A stretch of 63,995 nucleotides of DNA, the filler included, from an uncultured bacterium (GTDB lineage Bacteria; DAOPZR01): NCBI GenBank assembly GCA_964637655.1. It is 5 parts of 5 records of this genome, joined end to end, with 100 filler letters (N's around TTAATTAATTAA, not from the genome) between each part and the next. Parts side by side here need not be neighbours in the genome. Positions count along the whole stretch, not along the records: positions 39,431 to 52,435 come from CAZWUZ010000090.1; positions 52,536 to 63,995 come from CAZWUZ010000110.1; 3 more parts are not named here. One strand, given 5' to 3'. The notes under the pieces are model-generated. The model saw only the letters and a program-made list of their open reading frames with translations. It was not told where the DNA came from and did not search any database. The position numbers and the translations under genes are program-made. Shown here in pieces: positions 48,278 to 58,117 of this stretch (within the stretch, counting starts at the first letter, position 1; every line of letters starts with the position of its first letter).

Positions 48278-49354
48278 GTGCTGACCGGCATCGCGCTGCA
48301 CCTGGCCGGCCTGCTGCTCGTGCTGCTCGCCGTACTTCCCGCCGGTACCGCCCTGCTGCGCCTGCTCACCGGGCGACGACCGGACGTTGCGGACCTGCCC
48401 GTGGCCGCGGCGGCAGGACTGGCGCTGGCGCTGGCGTGCAACCTGCTGCTGGCGCAGGCCGCCACGTTTTCCCGCTTCCTGCTGCTGTATGTGCCGTGGT
48501 GGCTGGCCGGATGGCGGCAGTTGCGGGGTTTGGCCGGACCCGCCGGCGCACTCTTGCGCCGGCCGCAGGCGTGGCTGCTGGCGGCGACACTGTTCTGCTT
48601 TGCCGGGCTGACCGCGCTGCCCCACCGTTTTCTCGGCGGCGCGGACGAAGGTTCCTACACGGCGACCACCGCCACCTTCTACGCGCGCGGCGGGCTGGCG
48701 GCGCCGCTGCCGCTGGCGGCGGAACTGGCCCCGGCCATTCCCGCGGCGCGGTTTGCGCCGCTCTCCCATCTGCCGGTCAGTGGTTTCCGCCTCTCCCCGC
48801 TCTGTCCTGCCGGCCTGCCGCTGATGGCGGCGCCGCTGCATGCGCTTACCCGTCCGCTGCTGGGCGCTATCGACGCGCTCTTCATCACCACGCAGTTCTG
48901 CGGGGCGTGGTCGCTGCTGCTGGTGTTCGGCATCGCCCGGCGCCGGGGCGGCGCACCCGCCGGTTTTGCCGCCGTGCTGCTGCTGGGCAGCACCTGGCTG
49001 CAGGTGTGGCTGAGCCGCGCGCCGCAGGCGGAAGTGCCGCTGCAGACGCTGCTGCTCGCGTCACTGGCCGCCGCGCTGACGGCAGTCGAGCGCCGGGCCC
49101 CGCGCGAATTCGCCGTGGCCGGGGTGCTGGCCGCCGCCGCCGCGCTGGTCAAACTCGAGGGACTGCTCATCCTGCCCGGGCTGTTCATGCTGCTCGGCCT
49201 GCTGCGTCTGCCGGTCGGCCGTTACTGCCGGCACGCGCTGCTGCTGCTGCTGCTCATCAGTGCGCCGCTGGCGTACACCGTCGCCATCCACGATGCCTAT
49301 CGCGAGCATTACCTGCCGCTCAACCTGCGCGGCCTGACGGGAGACGGGCAGTGA
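48278..49354 (+). CDS. Polytopic membrane protein (GT-C-like, N-terminal half)
   Basis: TM helices; GADEGSY loop; W.SR...E motif. Confidence 0.6.
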   Translation: MLTGIALHLAGLLLVLLAVLPAGTALLRLLTGRRPDVADLPVAAAAGLALALACNLLLAQAATFSRFLLLYVPWWLAGWRQLRGLAGPAGALLRRPQAWLLAATLFCFAGLTALPHRFLGGADEGSYTATTATFYARGGLAAPLPLAAELAPAIPAARFAPLSHLPVSGFRLSPLCPAGLPLMAAPLHALTRPLLGAIDALFITTQFCGAWSLLLVFGIARRRGGAPAGFAAVLLLGSTWLQVWLSRAPQAEVPLQTLLLASLAAALTAVERRAPREFAVAGVLAAAAALVKLEGLLILPGLFMLLGLLRLPVGRYCRHALLLLLLISAPLAYTVAIHDAYREHYLPLNLRGLTGDGQ

Positions 49355-50217
49355 CCGCGCGCACGTTCACCCTGCTGCTGGTGCTGGCCATGGTCGCCAT
49401 GCTGTTCATCGGGACAGCGGACGACCGCTACCGGAGCATCGCGGCCATGCGGCTGCACGGGCTGCTGTTGTTCGGCGGCCCGCTGCTCGTCTGCGGCGGT
49501 GTGCTGCTGCTGTGCCGCCGCGGCCTGCCCGGCATTCCGGGTACTGACGCACCACGGGCGGCGCTGCTGCTGCTGCTGCTGCTCGCGCTGCTGACGCAGG
49601 GGCTGTTCGACGCGGGGCGGCACGAGCCAAACATCTCCCGTCGGCTGGTGCCGCTGGTGCTGCCGCTCATCGCGGTGCTGGCAGGCAGCGGCTATGCCGC
49701 CTGCCGCCGTGCCGGCGGGTGGCGGGCGCGACTCGCCGTGATGCTGCTCGGCGGCGGCGTGCTCTGGTCGCTGATTCCTTCCCTGCCGTTTTTCGGCTAC
49801 AGCAATTACGCGTCACTCAACCCGCCGCTGGCGCAGGCGGCCGCGGCACTGCCGCCACAGGCCATCCTGATCGTCGACTGGCCGCGCGGTCTGCTCGACA
49901 CGCCGCTGCATTTCCATCACGGCATCACCACGGTCAACGGTGACGGGCTGACCGCCGCGGAACTGGCGGCGCTGCGCGCGTACGCGGCCACCCGCCACCG
50001 GCGGCTGTTCCTGCTGCGCAGCCGCATCACCCCCGCCAGCGGCTGGCTGGGCGAGGTTTCGCCGCTGCTGGCAGGACTGGTGCTGCCTCACCCGCAGGTT
50101 GTGGACCTGCCGCTGGTCTGGGAGGATACCACCGACGGCGTGCGTCATCCGCGGCGCACCGCGCCCCTGCGGGTGCTGCTGTCACTGCAGGAACTGCCGC
50201 CCGACGCCGCCCCCTGA
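49351..50217 (+). CDS. Membrane protein (GT-C-like, C-terminal half)
   Basis: GTGA overlap with the upstream gene, GGAGA RBS; RRLVP.VLP motif followed by a soluble domain. Confidence 0.55.
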   Translation: MTARTFTLLLVLAMVAMLFIGTADDRYRSIAAMRLHGLLLFGGPLLVCGGVLLLCRRGLPGIPGTDAPRAALLLLLLLALLTQGLFDAGRHEPNISRRLVPLVLPLIAVLAGSGYAACRRAGGWRARLAVMLLGGGVLWSLIPSLPFFGYSNYASLNPPLAQAAAALPPQAILIVDWPRGLLDTPLHFHHGITTVNGDGLTAAELAALRAYAATRHRRLFLLRSRITPASGWLGEVSPLLAGLVLPHPQVVDLPLVWEDTTDGVRHPRRTAPLRVLLSLQELPPDAAP

Positions 50218-50275
50218 GACCGCAGTTGCCCGTCGGGAAACGCCTATGCTACACTCGGTGCCGACGGGGAAAACG

Positions 50276-51028
50276 ATGAACAAACTGCTGCGCTGGTTCG
50301 GCTCCATCGACCTGTTCGACCGCAACAAGCACGCGTCGATGATGGTGGCCGCCCAGGAAAAACTGAGCGGCATGGACTCAGCCAACCGCTGGCTGCACGA
50401 CACGCTCGCGCCCTATCTCGGGACGCGGGTGCTCGAGATCGGCTGCGGACTGGGCGGCTTCCTGCGCGTGCTGGCCGCGCGCGGGCAGTGCACCTCCCTG
50501 GCGGGCACCGAGGTCATCGAGGAGTATTTTCCCACGCTGGCGGCGCTCCCCGGCGTGACGGTACACCGTCACGACATCGTCACCGACCCGCTCGACGTGT
50601 TGCAGGCAGGCGCGTATGACACTGTCGTCTGCAGCAATGTGCTCGAGCATCTTGCCGACGATGGCGGGGTGGCACGGCGGCTGGTCGACAGCGTCGTCCC
50701 GGGCGGCACCGTGCTCATCCTCGTGCCCGCCTTCCCGCGCCTCTACTGCAACCTCGACCGCAACGCGGGGCATTACCGGCGCTATTCACGCGCCATGCTG
50801 CGCGCGCTGGCGTCAGCCACCGGAGCGGAGACGCAGGCCCTCTTCTTCTTCAATTTTCCCGGGCTGCTGGGGTGGATGGTCAACGGCGTGCTGCTGCGCA
50901 AGGACTACCTGAGCAACCACCTGCTCGACGTCTTCAACTATGCCGTCCCGCTCTTCCGTATGACCGAGCGGCTGACGCGGCACGTGGCCGGCGCCTCGCT
51001 CATCCTCGTGCTGCGCCGACCGCGCTGA
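50276..51028 (+). CDS. Class I SAM-dependent methyltransferase
   Basis: VLEIGCGLG, NVLEHL.DD, LVPA, GHYRRY. Confidence 0.92.
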   Translation: MNKLLRWFGSIDLFDRNKHASMMVAAQEKLSGMDSANRWLHDTLAPYLGTRVLEIGCGLGGFLRVLAARGQCTSLAGTEVIEEYFPTLAALPGVTVHRHDIVTDPLDVLQAGAYDTVVCSNVLEHLADDGGVARRLVDSVVPGGTVLILVPAFPRLYCNLDRNAGHYRRYSRAMLRALASATGAETQALFFFNFPGLLGWMVNGVLLRKDYLSNHLLDVFNYAVPLFRMTERLTRHVAGASLILVLRRPR

Positions 51029-52235
51029 CCCTGCCGGCAGCCAGCCGCTGCCAGCCCAGCGCCGCCCAGACCGCGAGCAGCGGATGCAGCGGCAGGCGGA
51101 AGCGCAGCGTGCCGTAGTAGACCGCGACAAACAGCAGCGTATAGGCGAGCAACGCGTAGAGCGGCCAGGCGCGGCGCCAGGTGCCGCGTGCCGCCCACAT
51201 GCCGGTGAGAAACAGCGGGAAGACCGGCAGGCACCAGGCAAGTGAAACCGCCAGCTGGTACCAGGCGGTGTGGCCCGAGGTTTCCGACGGCAGCGGCGAC
51301 CAGGCCCGCGCCAGTTTCACCGGCATCATGCGCAGGAAGTGCAGCGGGCGTTCGCGCACGTAGGTCACCGCGGCCCGGGTCAGCGCATCATTGAGCGCGT
51401 CTTCACGCAGCGCAGCATGGCCGGGGACGCGGCTCAGGTCATAGTCGATACCGCCACCCAGTCCGCCCCCGAGGCGATTGAGCGGATTATTGCCCGCATA
51501 GAGCGCCATACCTGACTGGTTGGTCACGGGAATATAGCGCCCGAACACCGCGTAATTGCGCAGCAGCCACGGCAGCATGACCGCGACGGCGGCCAGCACC
51601 AGCGCCAGACCGCGGCGCAGCAGCACCGCGCGCGGCAAGGCAGCGTAGCGCCACCAGCCAAGCAGAATAAGCGGGATAAATCCCTGCAGGACGGGACGGG
51701 TGAGAGCACTGAGCCCGACGACGATGCCGATGAGCAGGCACCAGCCCGTGCCGCGCGGCCGGGCCGCATCCTCGACCAGCATCCAGAGCAGCAGCAGGGC
51801 AATGAAGGTGAACAGCGTTTCCGTCAGCAGCAGCAGGGAAAAATACGCCGTCAAGGGATCAAGCGCGATAAGCGCCGCCGCCACGACCCCCGCCCACGGC
51901 CGGCCACCGAGACGCAGCGTCAGGCGCCAGCCGAACCACTGCATGCCGCAGACCAGCAGGCCCTGCGCGAGCAGGGTAAGCAGAAACGGGTGCCCGGTAA
52001 GACCGAAAGGAACGGTGAGCAGCAGCGGATAGAGCGGCGCATACCACGCCTTGAACCCGTTGCTGTCGAACCCGCGTCCGGCCAGCAGATTGCGCGCAAT
52101 CATCTCGTACGCACCGGCATCGCTGGCGACGAAGTGCCGCTCGCCGATATACAGGCCGGCGACCAGGTGCAGGAGCATGGTCAGGGCGGCGAGCAGCCAG
52201 AGCCATGTGCGCGGTGAGCGCAGCCGGTACGGCAT
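51000..52235 (-). CDS. GT-C fold glycosyltransferase (ArnT/PMT family)
   Basis: DAGAY..IARNL..G.G, PLYP, LTETLF, LTRP, PW..RNY, RFRLP. Confidence 0.82.
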   Translation of the reverse strand: MPYRLRSPRTWLWLLAALTMLLHLVAGLYIGERHFVASDAGAYEMIARNLLAGRGFDSNGFKAWYAPLYPLLLTVPFGLTGHPFLLTLLAQGLLVCGMQWFGWRLTLRLGGRPWAGVVAAALIALDPLTAYFSLLLLTETLFTFIALLLLWMLVEDAARPRGTGWCLLIGIVVGLSALTRPVLQGFIPLILLGWWRYAALPRAVLLRRGLALVLAAVAVMLPWLLRNYAVFGRYIPVTNQSGMALYAGNNPLNRLGGGLGGGIDYDLSRVPGHAALREDALNDALTRAAVTYVRERPLHFLRMMPVKLARAWSPLPSETSGHTAWYQLAVSLAWCLPVFPLFLTGMWAARGTWRRAWPLYALLAYTLLFVAVYYGTLRFRLPLHPLLAVWAALGWQRLAAGRVSAVGAARG

Positions 52236-52236
52236 G

Positions 52237-52435
52237 CTACAGGCCACCGGGAGCGGCCAGCAGGGCGATGACCGCGACGGCCACCGCCGCGAGCGCCACG
52301 CCGCCGAGCGCGAGGATGAGGCAGCCGATACCGGTCAGCGCGCACCCTGACGTTCCGCGCGACGCCGCCGGGGCGGCCGCCGCGGGGACAACGGCAGGAG
52401 CAGTCACGGGCGCCACCAGTCCCTGCAGCAGCGCG
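52237..52435 (-). CDS. C-terminal fragment of a membrane-anchored protein (5' end cut by contig)
   Basis: Open frame ..APAASRGTSGCALTGIGCLILALGGVALAAVAVAVIALLAAPGGL*. Confidence 0.5.
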
Positions 52436-52535
52436 NNNNNNNNNNNNNNNNNNNNNNNNNNNNNNNNNNNNNNNNNNNNTTAATTAATTAANNNNNNNNN
52501 NNNNNNNNNNNNNNNNNNNNNNNNNNNNNNNNNNN
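52436..52535. other. Artificial contig linker
   Basis: N-run with TTAATTAATTAA. Confidence 0.99.
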
Positions 52536-52674
52536 GCAGCGGCACGCGCGCCGCGCGCGCCTGTTCCTGCAGGTCGGCCCGTTTTCCCGGCACCGCGTCG
52601 AGAGCGGTGCGCACACCGCGCCGCGCCAGGTCAAGCCGCTGCAGCGCGGCGTACTTCTGCAGCAGCGGCAGCAT
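52536..52674 (-). CDS. N-terminus of a coiled-coil protein (possibly C4 zinc-ribbon/DUF164 family), cut by contig
   Basis: MLPLLQKYAALQRLDL..; TGATG coupling to the upstream gene. Confidence 0.45.
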
Positions 52675-53534
52675 CAGTTCTGCGCCTTCGGCTGCTTCGC
52701 CTTCCAGTGCTCGCGCAGCGCGAAGTTCTTGAGCAGCCAGTTGACGAAGGCGTTGAGCACCGCCACGAGGATGAGCAGCGTGACGGTCTTGCCGAGCACG
52801 GTCGAGACATCGAGTGACGCCTCCGCGGTGAGACGGAAGAGGTCGCCGAAATTCGCCGCCTCGCGCACCGTGCCGCCGATGAGCGCCAGCGCCACCGTCG
52901 CCGCGTACAGGGTGATGATCAGTTCGCACCAGACGCGCACCAGCGCCATGACGATCCCCGAGAAGATCCCCGGGCGGGCGCGGTCCATCACCTTCGCGCC
53001 GACCTCGTCCCACGTCGCCGGCGAGGCGTTGCACTCGCGCCCCGCGGCATCGAGCGCGATGCCCGCGGTGTTCATCGTCGTCGGCAGCAGCATCAGCGCG
53101 AAGATGAAACTCTGCGCCACCACCCCCCAGCCGAGGCCGAGTCGCGTGCACAGGTAGAACCCGTAGATACCGATGATGATCGCCGGCAGCCGGGTGAGGG
53201 TATCCACCCCCGACTGCAGCAGCTGGCGCGCCCAGTTGCGCTGCGCGTGGCACTGCAGGTAGATGGCGCCGCAGACCCCGAGCGGTACGGCGATGAGCAG
53301 CCCGAGCGCCGAGACGCTGATCGCCCCGGTGAAGAGCACGAGCAGCTTGACGCGGTCGCCCGCCAGCGCGCGCACCGCGTTGCTCATCTCGAGATTGAAG
53401 TCGAACAGCCCTTCGCACAGCTGGTAGAAAATGCCGCCGACCGTCAGCGACAGCAGCAGCGTCGCCATGATGGCGAAGAGATAGAACCACAACGTCGTCA
53501 GCACCGGACGGTGTTTCGTGCCGTTTTCGCTCAT
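52674..53534 (-). CDS. PstC/PstA-like ABC transporter permease
   Basis: IAVPLGVCGAIYL, LPAIIIGIYG, LMLLPT, PGIFSGIVMAL.R. Confidence 0.75.
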   Translation of the reverse strand: MSENGTKHRPVLTTLWFYLFAIMATLLLSLTVGGIFYQLCEGLFDFNLEMSNAVRALAGDRVKLLVLFTGAISVSALGLLIAVPLGVCGAIYLQCHAQRNWARQLLQSGVDTLTRLPAIIIGIYGFYLCTRLGLGWGVVAQSFIFALMLLPTTMNTAGIALDAAGRECNASPATWDEVGAKVMDRARPGIFSGIVMALVRVWCELIITLYAATVALALIGGTVREAANFGDLFRLTAEASLDVSTVLGKTVTLLILVAVLNAFVNWLLKNFALREHWKAKQPKAQN

Positions 53535-53561
53535 GGCAGATGCCTCCCGCGCGGTTGCGCG

Positions 53562-54620
53562 TCAGATTTCGAGTTGTTTGACTTTCGCCAGCGAACGCGC
53601 CAGCGGGGCGCGGCAGACGCCGCGGTCAGTGATGATGGCCGTGATCAGGTTGGCCGGGGTGACATCGAAGGCGGGGTTCCACACCTTTACTCCGCGCGGG
53701 GCAAGGTTTTCCTTCCCTGCCATCGCCACTTCCTCGGGCGCACGTTCCTCGATGGGAATCGCCTTCCCTTCGGGCACCTGCAGGTCGATGGTCGAACTGG
53801 GTGCCACGATGTAGAAGGGAATCCCGTGATGCTTCGCCAGCACCGCGAGGTTGTAGGTGCCGATCTTGTTGGCCGTGTCGCCGTTGGCGGCGATGCGGTC
53901 CGCCCCCACGACAATCAGGTCGATCTTCGACCGCTGCATGAGGAACGCCGCCATGTTGTCGCAGATAACCGTCACGTCGATGCCGTTCTTCTGCAGTTCC
54001 CACGCGGTCAGTTTCGCCCCCTGCAGCCGCGGCCGCGTCTCGTCCGCGTAGACCCGCAGTTTCTTCCCCTGCGCCGCCGCGGTGTAGATGACCGACAGCG
54101 CCGTCCCCAACCCCGCCGTCGCCAGCGCGCCGGCATTGCAATGCGTCAGGATGTTCGCCGACCGGCCGATCAGCGCCGCGCCGAATTCGCCCATGCGCCG
54201 GCTCATCGCCAGGTCTTCCTCGTGGATGCGCCGCGCCTCGCGCTCGAGCGCCGCCGCCAGGTCGTTCGGGTTTCCCCCCTTCATCAGCAGCGTCCGCTGC
54301 CGCTTCAGGGCCCAGAACAGGTTGACCGCGGTCGGCCGGCTGGCCGCCAGCACGTCCAGCGCATGCTGCACCGCGCGGATGAACGCGGGTGCCGGCAGAT
54401 GCTTCGAGCGCTGCGCTTCGAGCGCCACCCCGTACGCTGCCGCCACCCCGATGGCCGGGGCGCCGCGCACGACCATCGTTTTGACCGCCTTCGCCACCTC
54501 CGCCGCCGTCTTGTACTTGTTGAGTTTCATCCGGGCGGGCAGTTGCGTCTGATCGAGCAGCGTCAGCGCCCCGTTGCGGTAGGACAATGTCGGGAGCGGG
54601 TCAATGGTCTTCTTTTCCAT
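53562..54620 (-). CDS. mtnA: S-methyl-5-thioribose-1-phosphate isomerase
   Basis: LLDQT.LP, VRGAPAIG, RPTAVNL, THCNAGALAT, ETRP.LQGA.LT, GADRIAANGDTANKIGTY, NPAFDVTP. Confidence 0.97.
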   Translation of the reverse strand: MEKKTIDPLPTLSYRNGALTLLDQTQLPARMKLNKYKTAAEVAKAVKTMVVRGAPAIGVAAAYGVALEAQRSKHLPAPAFIRAVQHALDVLAASRPTAVNLFWALKRQRTLLMKGGNPNDLAAALEREARRIHEEDLAMSRRMGEFGAALIGRSANILTHCNAGALATAGLGTALSVIYTAAAQGKKLRVYADETRPRLQGAKLTAWELQKNGIDVTVICDNMAAFLMQRSKIDLIVVGADRIAANGDTANKIGTYNLAVLAKHHGIPFYIVAPSSTIDLQVPEGKAIPIEERAPEEVAMAGKENLAPRGVKVWNPAFDVTPANLITAIITDRGVCRAPLARSLAKVKQLEI

Positions 54621-54660
54621 TTCCGTCACCTCGGCCGCTGGCGCGGCATGCGTTCAGGAT

Positions 54661-55497
54661 TCAATTGAGGATATGGACCTGTACGGTACGACGACCGTAG
54701 CGGATGGCTTCCTCGTGCGTGTTGAAACAGAGATCGATGCGGTTGCCGCGAATGGCGCCCCCGACATCACCCGCCAGCGCGTACCCGTACCCGGGAATGT
54801 ACAACCGCGTCCCCAGCGGAATAACACTGCGGTCAACCGCCGCGATGCCGTAGCCCGCGCGCAGCCCGATGCAGGTTTTCCCGTCAGCAAACTCGCCGCA
54901 CGACTGGGCATCAGGAGAGTATGCGGTTGCCACCATCGTGATAACCCGTTTCCCTTCAGCGTTTTCCACCGCCCCGGGGATTTCCTCTACCGGCCTTCCC
55001 GTCCCCACCATAACGGCACGCCGCAGCGGTGTACTGATAATCCGGCTCTGCAGGGTATGCTCGGCGACCTGCTCACCATTCACATTCGCCACGTACCGCA
55101 CCACTTCCTTGACCCCGGGGCGCCCCTCATCCATAACGATCTCTTTGCCGCGCGGTACCGCCGCGGTGCGCGTCGTGCGTGCCGGTACGTCATATTCAAC
55201 CCGACCGCGGAATTCGGAAACCTCGATACGCCTGATTTCAACACACATCCCCGAGGTCAGCGACGACACTAATGACGGTCTGGTGATGTCGTTGTAATCA
55301 AGTACAATATTTTGTTCAGCAAGTAGTTGTGCTACTGTTTCCGCATTGGTGTAACAATTGGTCGTCTGGCCACCATCATTGATGGCAACTGATTTCAGCC
55401 CGTTGCGCGCTGAATGCGTAAAAGCGGTCAGAGGGATGACCGCCAGCACCAACAACATCAGCAGGGCAATATTGTGCCGCTTTTCATTCCAACCCAT
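54661..55497 (-). CDS. DUF348-G5-3D domain cell-wall protein (YabE-like)
   Basis: TVAQLLAEQNI, G5-like segment, ATAY, AVDRSVIPLGT, DVGGAIRGNRIDL. Confidence 0.88.
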   Translation of the reverse strand: MGWNEKRHNIALLMLLVLAVIPLTAFTHSARNGLKSVAINDGGQTTNCYTNAETVAQLLAEQNIVLDYNDITRPSLVSSLTSGMCVEIRRIEVSEFRGRVEYDVPARTTRTAAVPRGKEIVMDEGRPGVKEVVRYVANVNGEQVAEHTLQSRIISTPLRRAVMVGTGRPVEEIPGAVENAEGKRVITMVATAYSPDAQSCGEFADGKTCIGLRAGYGIAAVDRSVIPLGTRLYIPGYGYALAGDVGGAIRGNRIDLCFNTHEEAIRYGRRTVQVHILN

Positions 55498-55561
55498 CCG
55501 CGTCCATCCCCCGTGTTGCTCTGACTAACGCGCAAATGGTAGCATAAACGGCGCGCTGCTG

Positions 55562-56500
55562 TCAAACCTGCCCGAATCGTTCCCTGATAATCCGCACGAT
55601 TTCCTGCGGTTCATGCTTGGCTACCTGATAATCGGCCCCCACCCGCTTCCCCTTTTCCTTCAATTCCGCGTTGATCAGCGATGAAAATATTATAACTGGT
55701 ATATTTTTCAATATGTTATTACTTTTCATCCGGTTGACGAGATGGAATACGTCCATTTGCGGCATCTCGATATCGGTAATGACCATGCTGACATGTTGTT
55801 CTACATCCTCTCCCTTCTCCTGCGACTGTTTGGCATATTCTTCCAGCATTTCCCATATCTTCTGCCCGTTGCCGAACACGGACACATGCACAATCCCAAT
55901 TTCAGCAAGGAGTTGCTGAACCCGCATCCGTACCGTTGCGGAATCGTCAGCAAGCATGATCCGCACATGTTCAAGCGCCGCCCGTTCATCTGCAACAGAA
56001 TGATGCGCCATCATTTCCGGGGCAATGTCGCTGATGATTTTTTCGAAATCGAGCATCTGGATGACCAGGTTGCCGCTTTTGATGACCCCGGTAATCGGCG
56101 GTGGCGTGGCGGAAAGAGCGACAATATCTTCAGGACTCTCCACCTCGCCCCAGGAGAGGCGCTTGATGCTGCGTATCTCATCCACGCGAAACGCAAAGTT
56201 CTGCCCGTTGAATTCGGAGACAATAACCCGGTCACCAGCCGCCCCCTCACGCACCGGCAGCGCAAAGAGCGTGCGGATGCTGATGAGCGGAATCACCCGC
56301 CCGCGCAGTTCGAACACCCCGTCGATAGCCCCGTGCGTCTGCGGCATGCGCAGGATGCGCGGCAGGTTGATGATCTCCCGCACCTTCGCCACGTTGATGC
56401 CATACAACTGCCCGTCGATGGCAAAGTTCAACACTTCCAGTTCGTTGGTCCCCGTGTCGAGCAGGATACCGTTTTTTTCCCCGTGCTTGCCGCCATTCAT
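55562..56500 (-). CDS. cheV: Chemotaxis protein CheV (CheW + receiver)
   Basis: GTNELE, YGINVAKVREI, LDFEKI, ADDS, TDIEMPQMD, FSSL. Confidence 0.92.
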   Translation of the reverse strand: MNGGKHGEKNGILLDTGTNELEVLNFAIDGQLYGINVAKVREIINLPRILRMPQTHGAIDGVFELRGRVIPLISIRTLFALPVREGAAGDRVIVSEFNGQNFAFRVDEIRSIKRLSWGEVESPEDIVALSATPPPITGVIKSGNLVIQMLDFEKIISDIAPEMMAHHSVADERAALEHVRIMLADDSATVRMRVQQLLAEIGIVHVSVFGNGQKIWEMLEEYAKQSQEKGEDVEQHVSMVITDIEMPQMDVFHLVNRMKSNNILKNIPVIIFSSLINAELKEKGKRVGADYQVAKHEPQEIVRIIRERFGQV

Positions 56501-56698
56501 CGCCGCACTCTCCCTGACACCCGATACGCGCAATGGTACCATACTTTTCGCTCACCTGCCACCATTTTTGTGAAAAGTTGATGTTTTACTTCATGAAAAA
56601 GGTGCTAATTCTCATTTTCCGCTCAAGTAAACCGTTGCCGTCTGCCGATACAAAAAGTGGGAACAAAAATAAAATATTTTCCTTTGAGGAGGGGAAAC

Positions 56699-57076
56699 AT
56701 GGTTCAGGGACGCAAAACCAGTCTGTCTGTTGTGCTCAATGATGAGCAGCGTGCGGAACTCGAGACCTGGCAGCGCTCGACGACCGTCTCGGCGGGCCTC
56801 GCCCGCAGGGCACGTATCATCCTGCTGCTGTCGCAGGGGGTCTCCTGCTCGGCCATCTCGCGCACGGTCGATATCGAGCGCCCGCACGTCTACAAGTGGG
56901 TGACCCGCTTCCTGCGCGACGGCATCAAGGGGCTGAGTGACAAGCCGGGACGCGGCCGCAAGCCGCGGCGGCTGCTCCCCGTGACGGACACGGCCGCGAG
57001 TGCCGTGACCACGACCGCCATCGAAAGCATCGCGGCGCCCGCCGCGGTGGCGGCCAGCCAGGAGCAGGCGGCGTAA
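56699..57076 (+). CDS. Stand-alone HTH protein homologous to the IS630 transposase N-terminus
   Basis: RRARIILL..G, V.KW..RF...G..GL.D.P.GR; strong GAGGAGG RBS; no DDE domain. Confidence 0.75.
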   Translation: MVQGRKTSLSVVLNDEQRAELETWQRSTTVSAGLARRARIILLLSQGVSCSAISRTVDIERPHVYKWVTRFLRDGIKGLSDKPGRGRKPRRLLPVTDTAASAVTTTAIESIAAPAAVAASQEQAA

Positions 57077-57102
57077 GCCGCCGGCGCCGGGAGGGACTGA
57101 CG

Positions 57103-57513
57103 ATGAACTTCCACCGTTTCGGCAGCCGCTACCTGCTGCATCTCGAACGCGGCGAGGAGATCGTCACCTCGCTCAAGTTGTTCTGCACCCGCGAGGAGAT
57201 CCACCGGGCCTCGCTGGTCGGGCTCGGCACGGTCAGCCGCGTCACGCTCGGGCTGTTCCGCACCGGTGCCTGCCGCTACCTGTCCGACGAACTGCCGGGT
57301 ACCTGCGCCGCCGCGCCGCTCACCGGTACGGTGACGGCGGAGGATGGCCGGTATGCCGTGCAGTGCCGCATCAATCTCGACACCGTCAGCGGCTATCTGA
57401 ATGCCGCCACGGTCTGCGGTGAATGCGATATCGTGCTCGAGGTGAGCAGCCAGCGCCTCGACTGCGCCGGCCCGGTGCCGGAGGCCGCATTTTCCTTCGC
57501 GTTCGCCGCGTAG
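57103..57513 (+). CDS. PPC/DUF296 domain protein
   Basis: LERGEEIV.SL..FC..E.I..A...GLG. Confidence 0.75.
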   Translation: MNFHRFGSRYLLHLERGEEIVTSLKLFCTREEIHRASLVGLGTVSRVTLGLFRTGACRYLSDELPGTCAAAPLTGTVTAEDGRYAVQCRINLDTVSGYLNAATVCGECDIVLEVSSQRLDCAGPVPEAAFSFAFAA

Positions 57514-57527
57514 CAGCTGTCCCCCGT

Positions 57528-57564
57528 GCGGGGTGGCGGGCTCTGCCCGTCGCCCCGCTTTTTT
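57528..57564 (+). terminator. Intrinsic terminator
   Basis: GCGGGGTGGCGGG / CCCGTCGCCCCGC followed by TTTTTT. Confidence 0.8.
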
Positions 57565-57684
57565 ACGCGCTCCCGCAGATCACTAACGATGGCAATGGGT
57601 GCAACCGCAGTCGCGCACCACGTTGCCACATCCCTGGAAACTTTCACGCGCTCCGCCCGTGCCTGCAACACTACTCTTACAGCG

Positions 57685-58068
57685 TTCACCACGGGGAACA
57701 CGGAGCGCACGGAGAACAGCAGGGCGTTCACCGCATCAGCACGCAGAGCACACAGAGAAAGCATCACCCTGATGCGGCCCTGCGGACACTGCCCTGCTGA
57801 CGAAATTGCGCTGCAGCGAACGGCAACACCGCAACCGCTCCGCGTGCTCCGTGTGATAGCTCTGTGGTGAGCAGGATGTTGCCGTTTTCCGTGCGCTCCG
57901 TGGTAAAAAAATATGTCGGTTTTCAGCAGACGAAAAACAGCAACGGATGTGCACCACGGAGCGGTTGCGGTAAGCAGGTTTCTTGTCGGTAGCGCTTTTT
58001 CGTTCCCGCGTGCGGGAGCCACCTCATCATGTGTCGTTCTCCGCGTGCTCCGTGTGCTGCTGTGGTGA
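57685..58068. repeat. Cluster of 9-nt-periodic repeat units in direct and inverted orientation
   Basis: Forward units near 57685, 57727 and 57952; reverse units near 57837, 57887 and 58039. Confidence 0.75.
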
Positions 58069-58117
58069 ATGCTGTTGCAGTTGCTCTGCCTGACGGCAAA
58101 CCGTTTTGCGTTCCGCC

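Noticed and set aside
55740..55775. CheV MPQMDV instead of MPxMDG
   Set aside because: A single substitution with the phospho-Asp retained; cannot be distinguished from a neutral variant or error.
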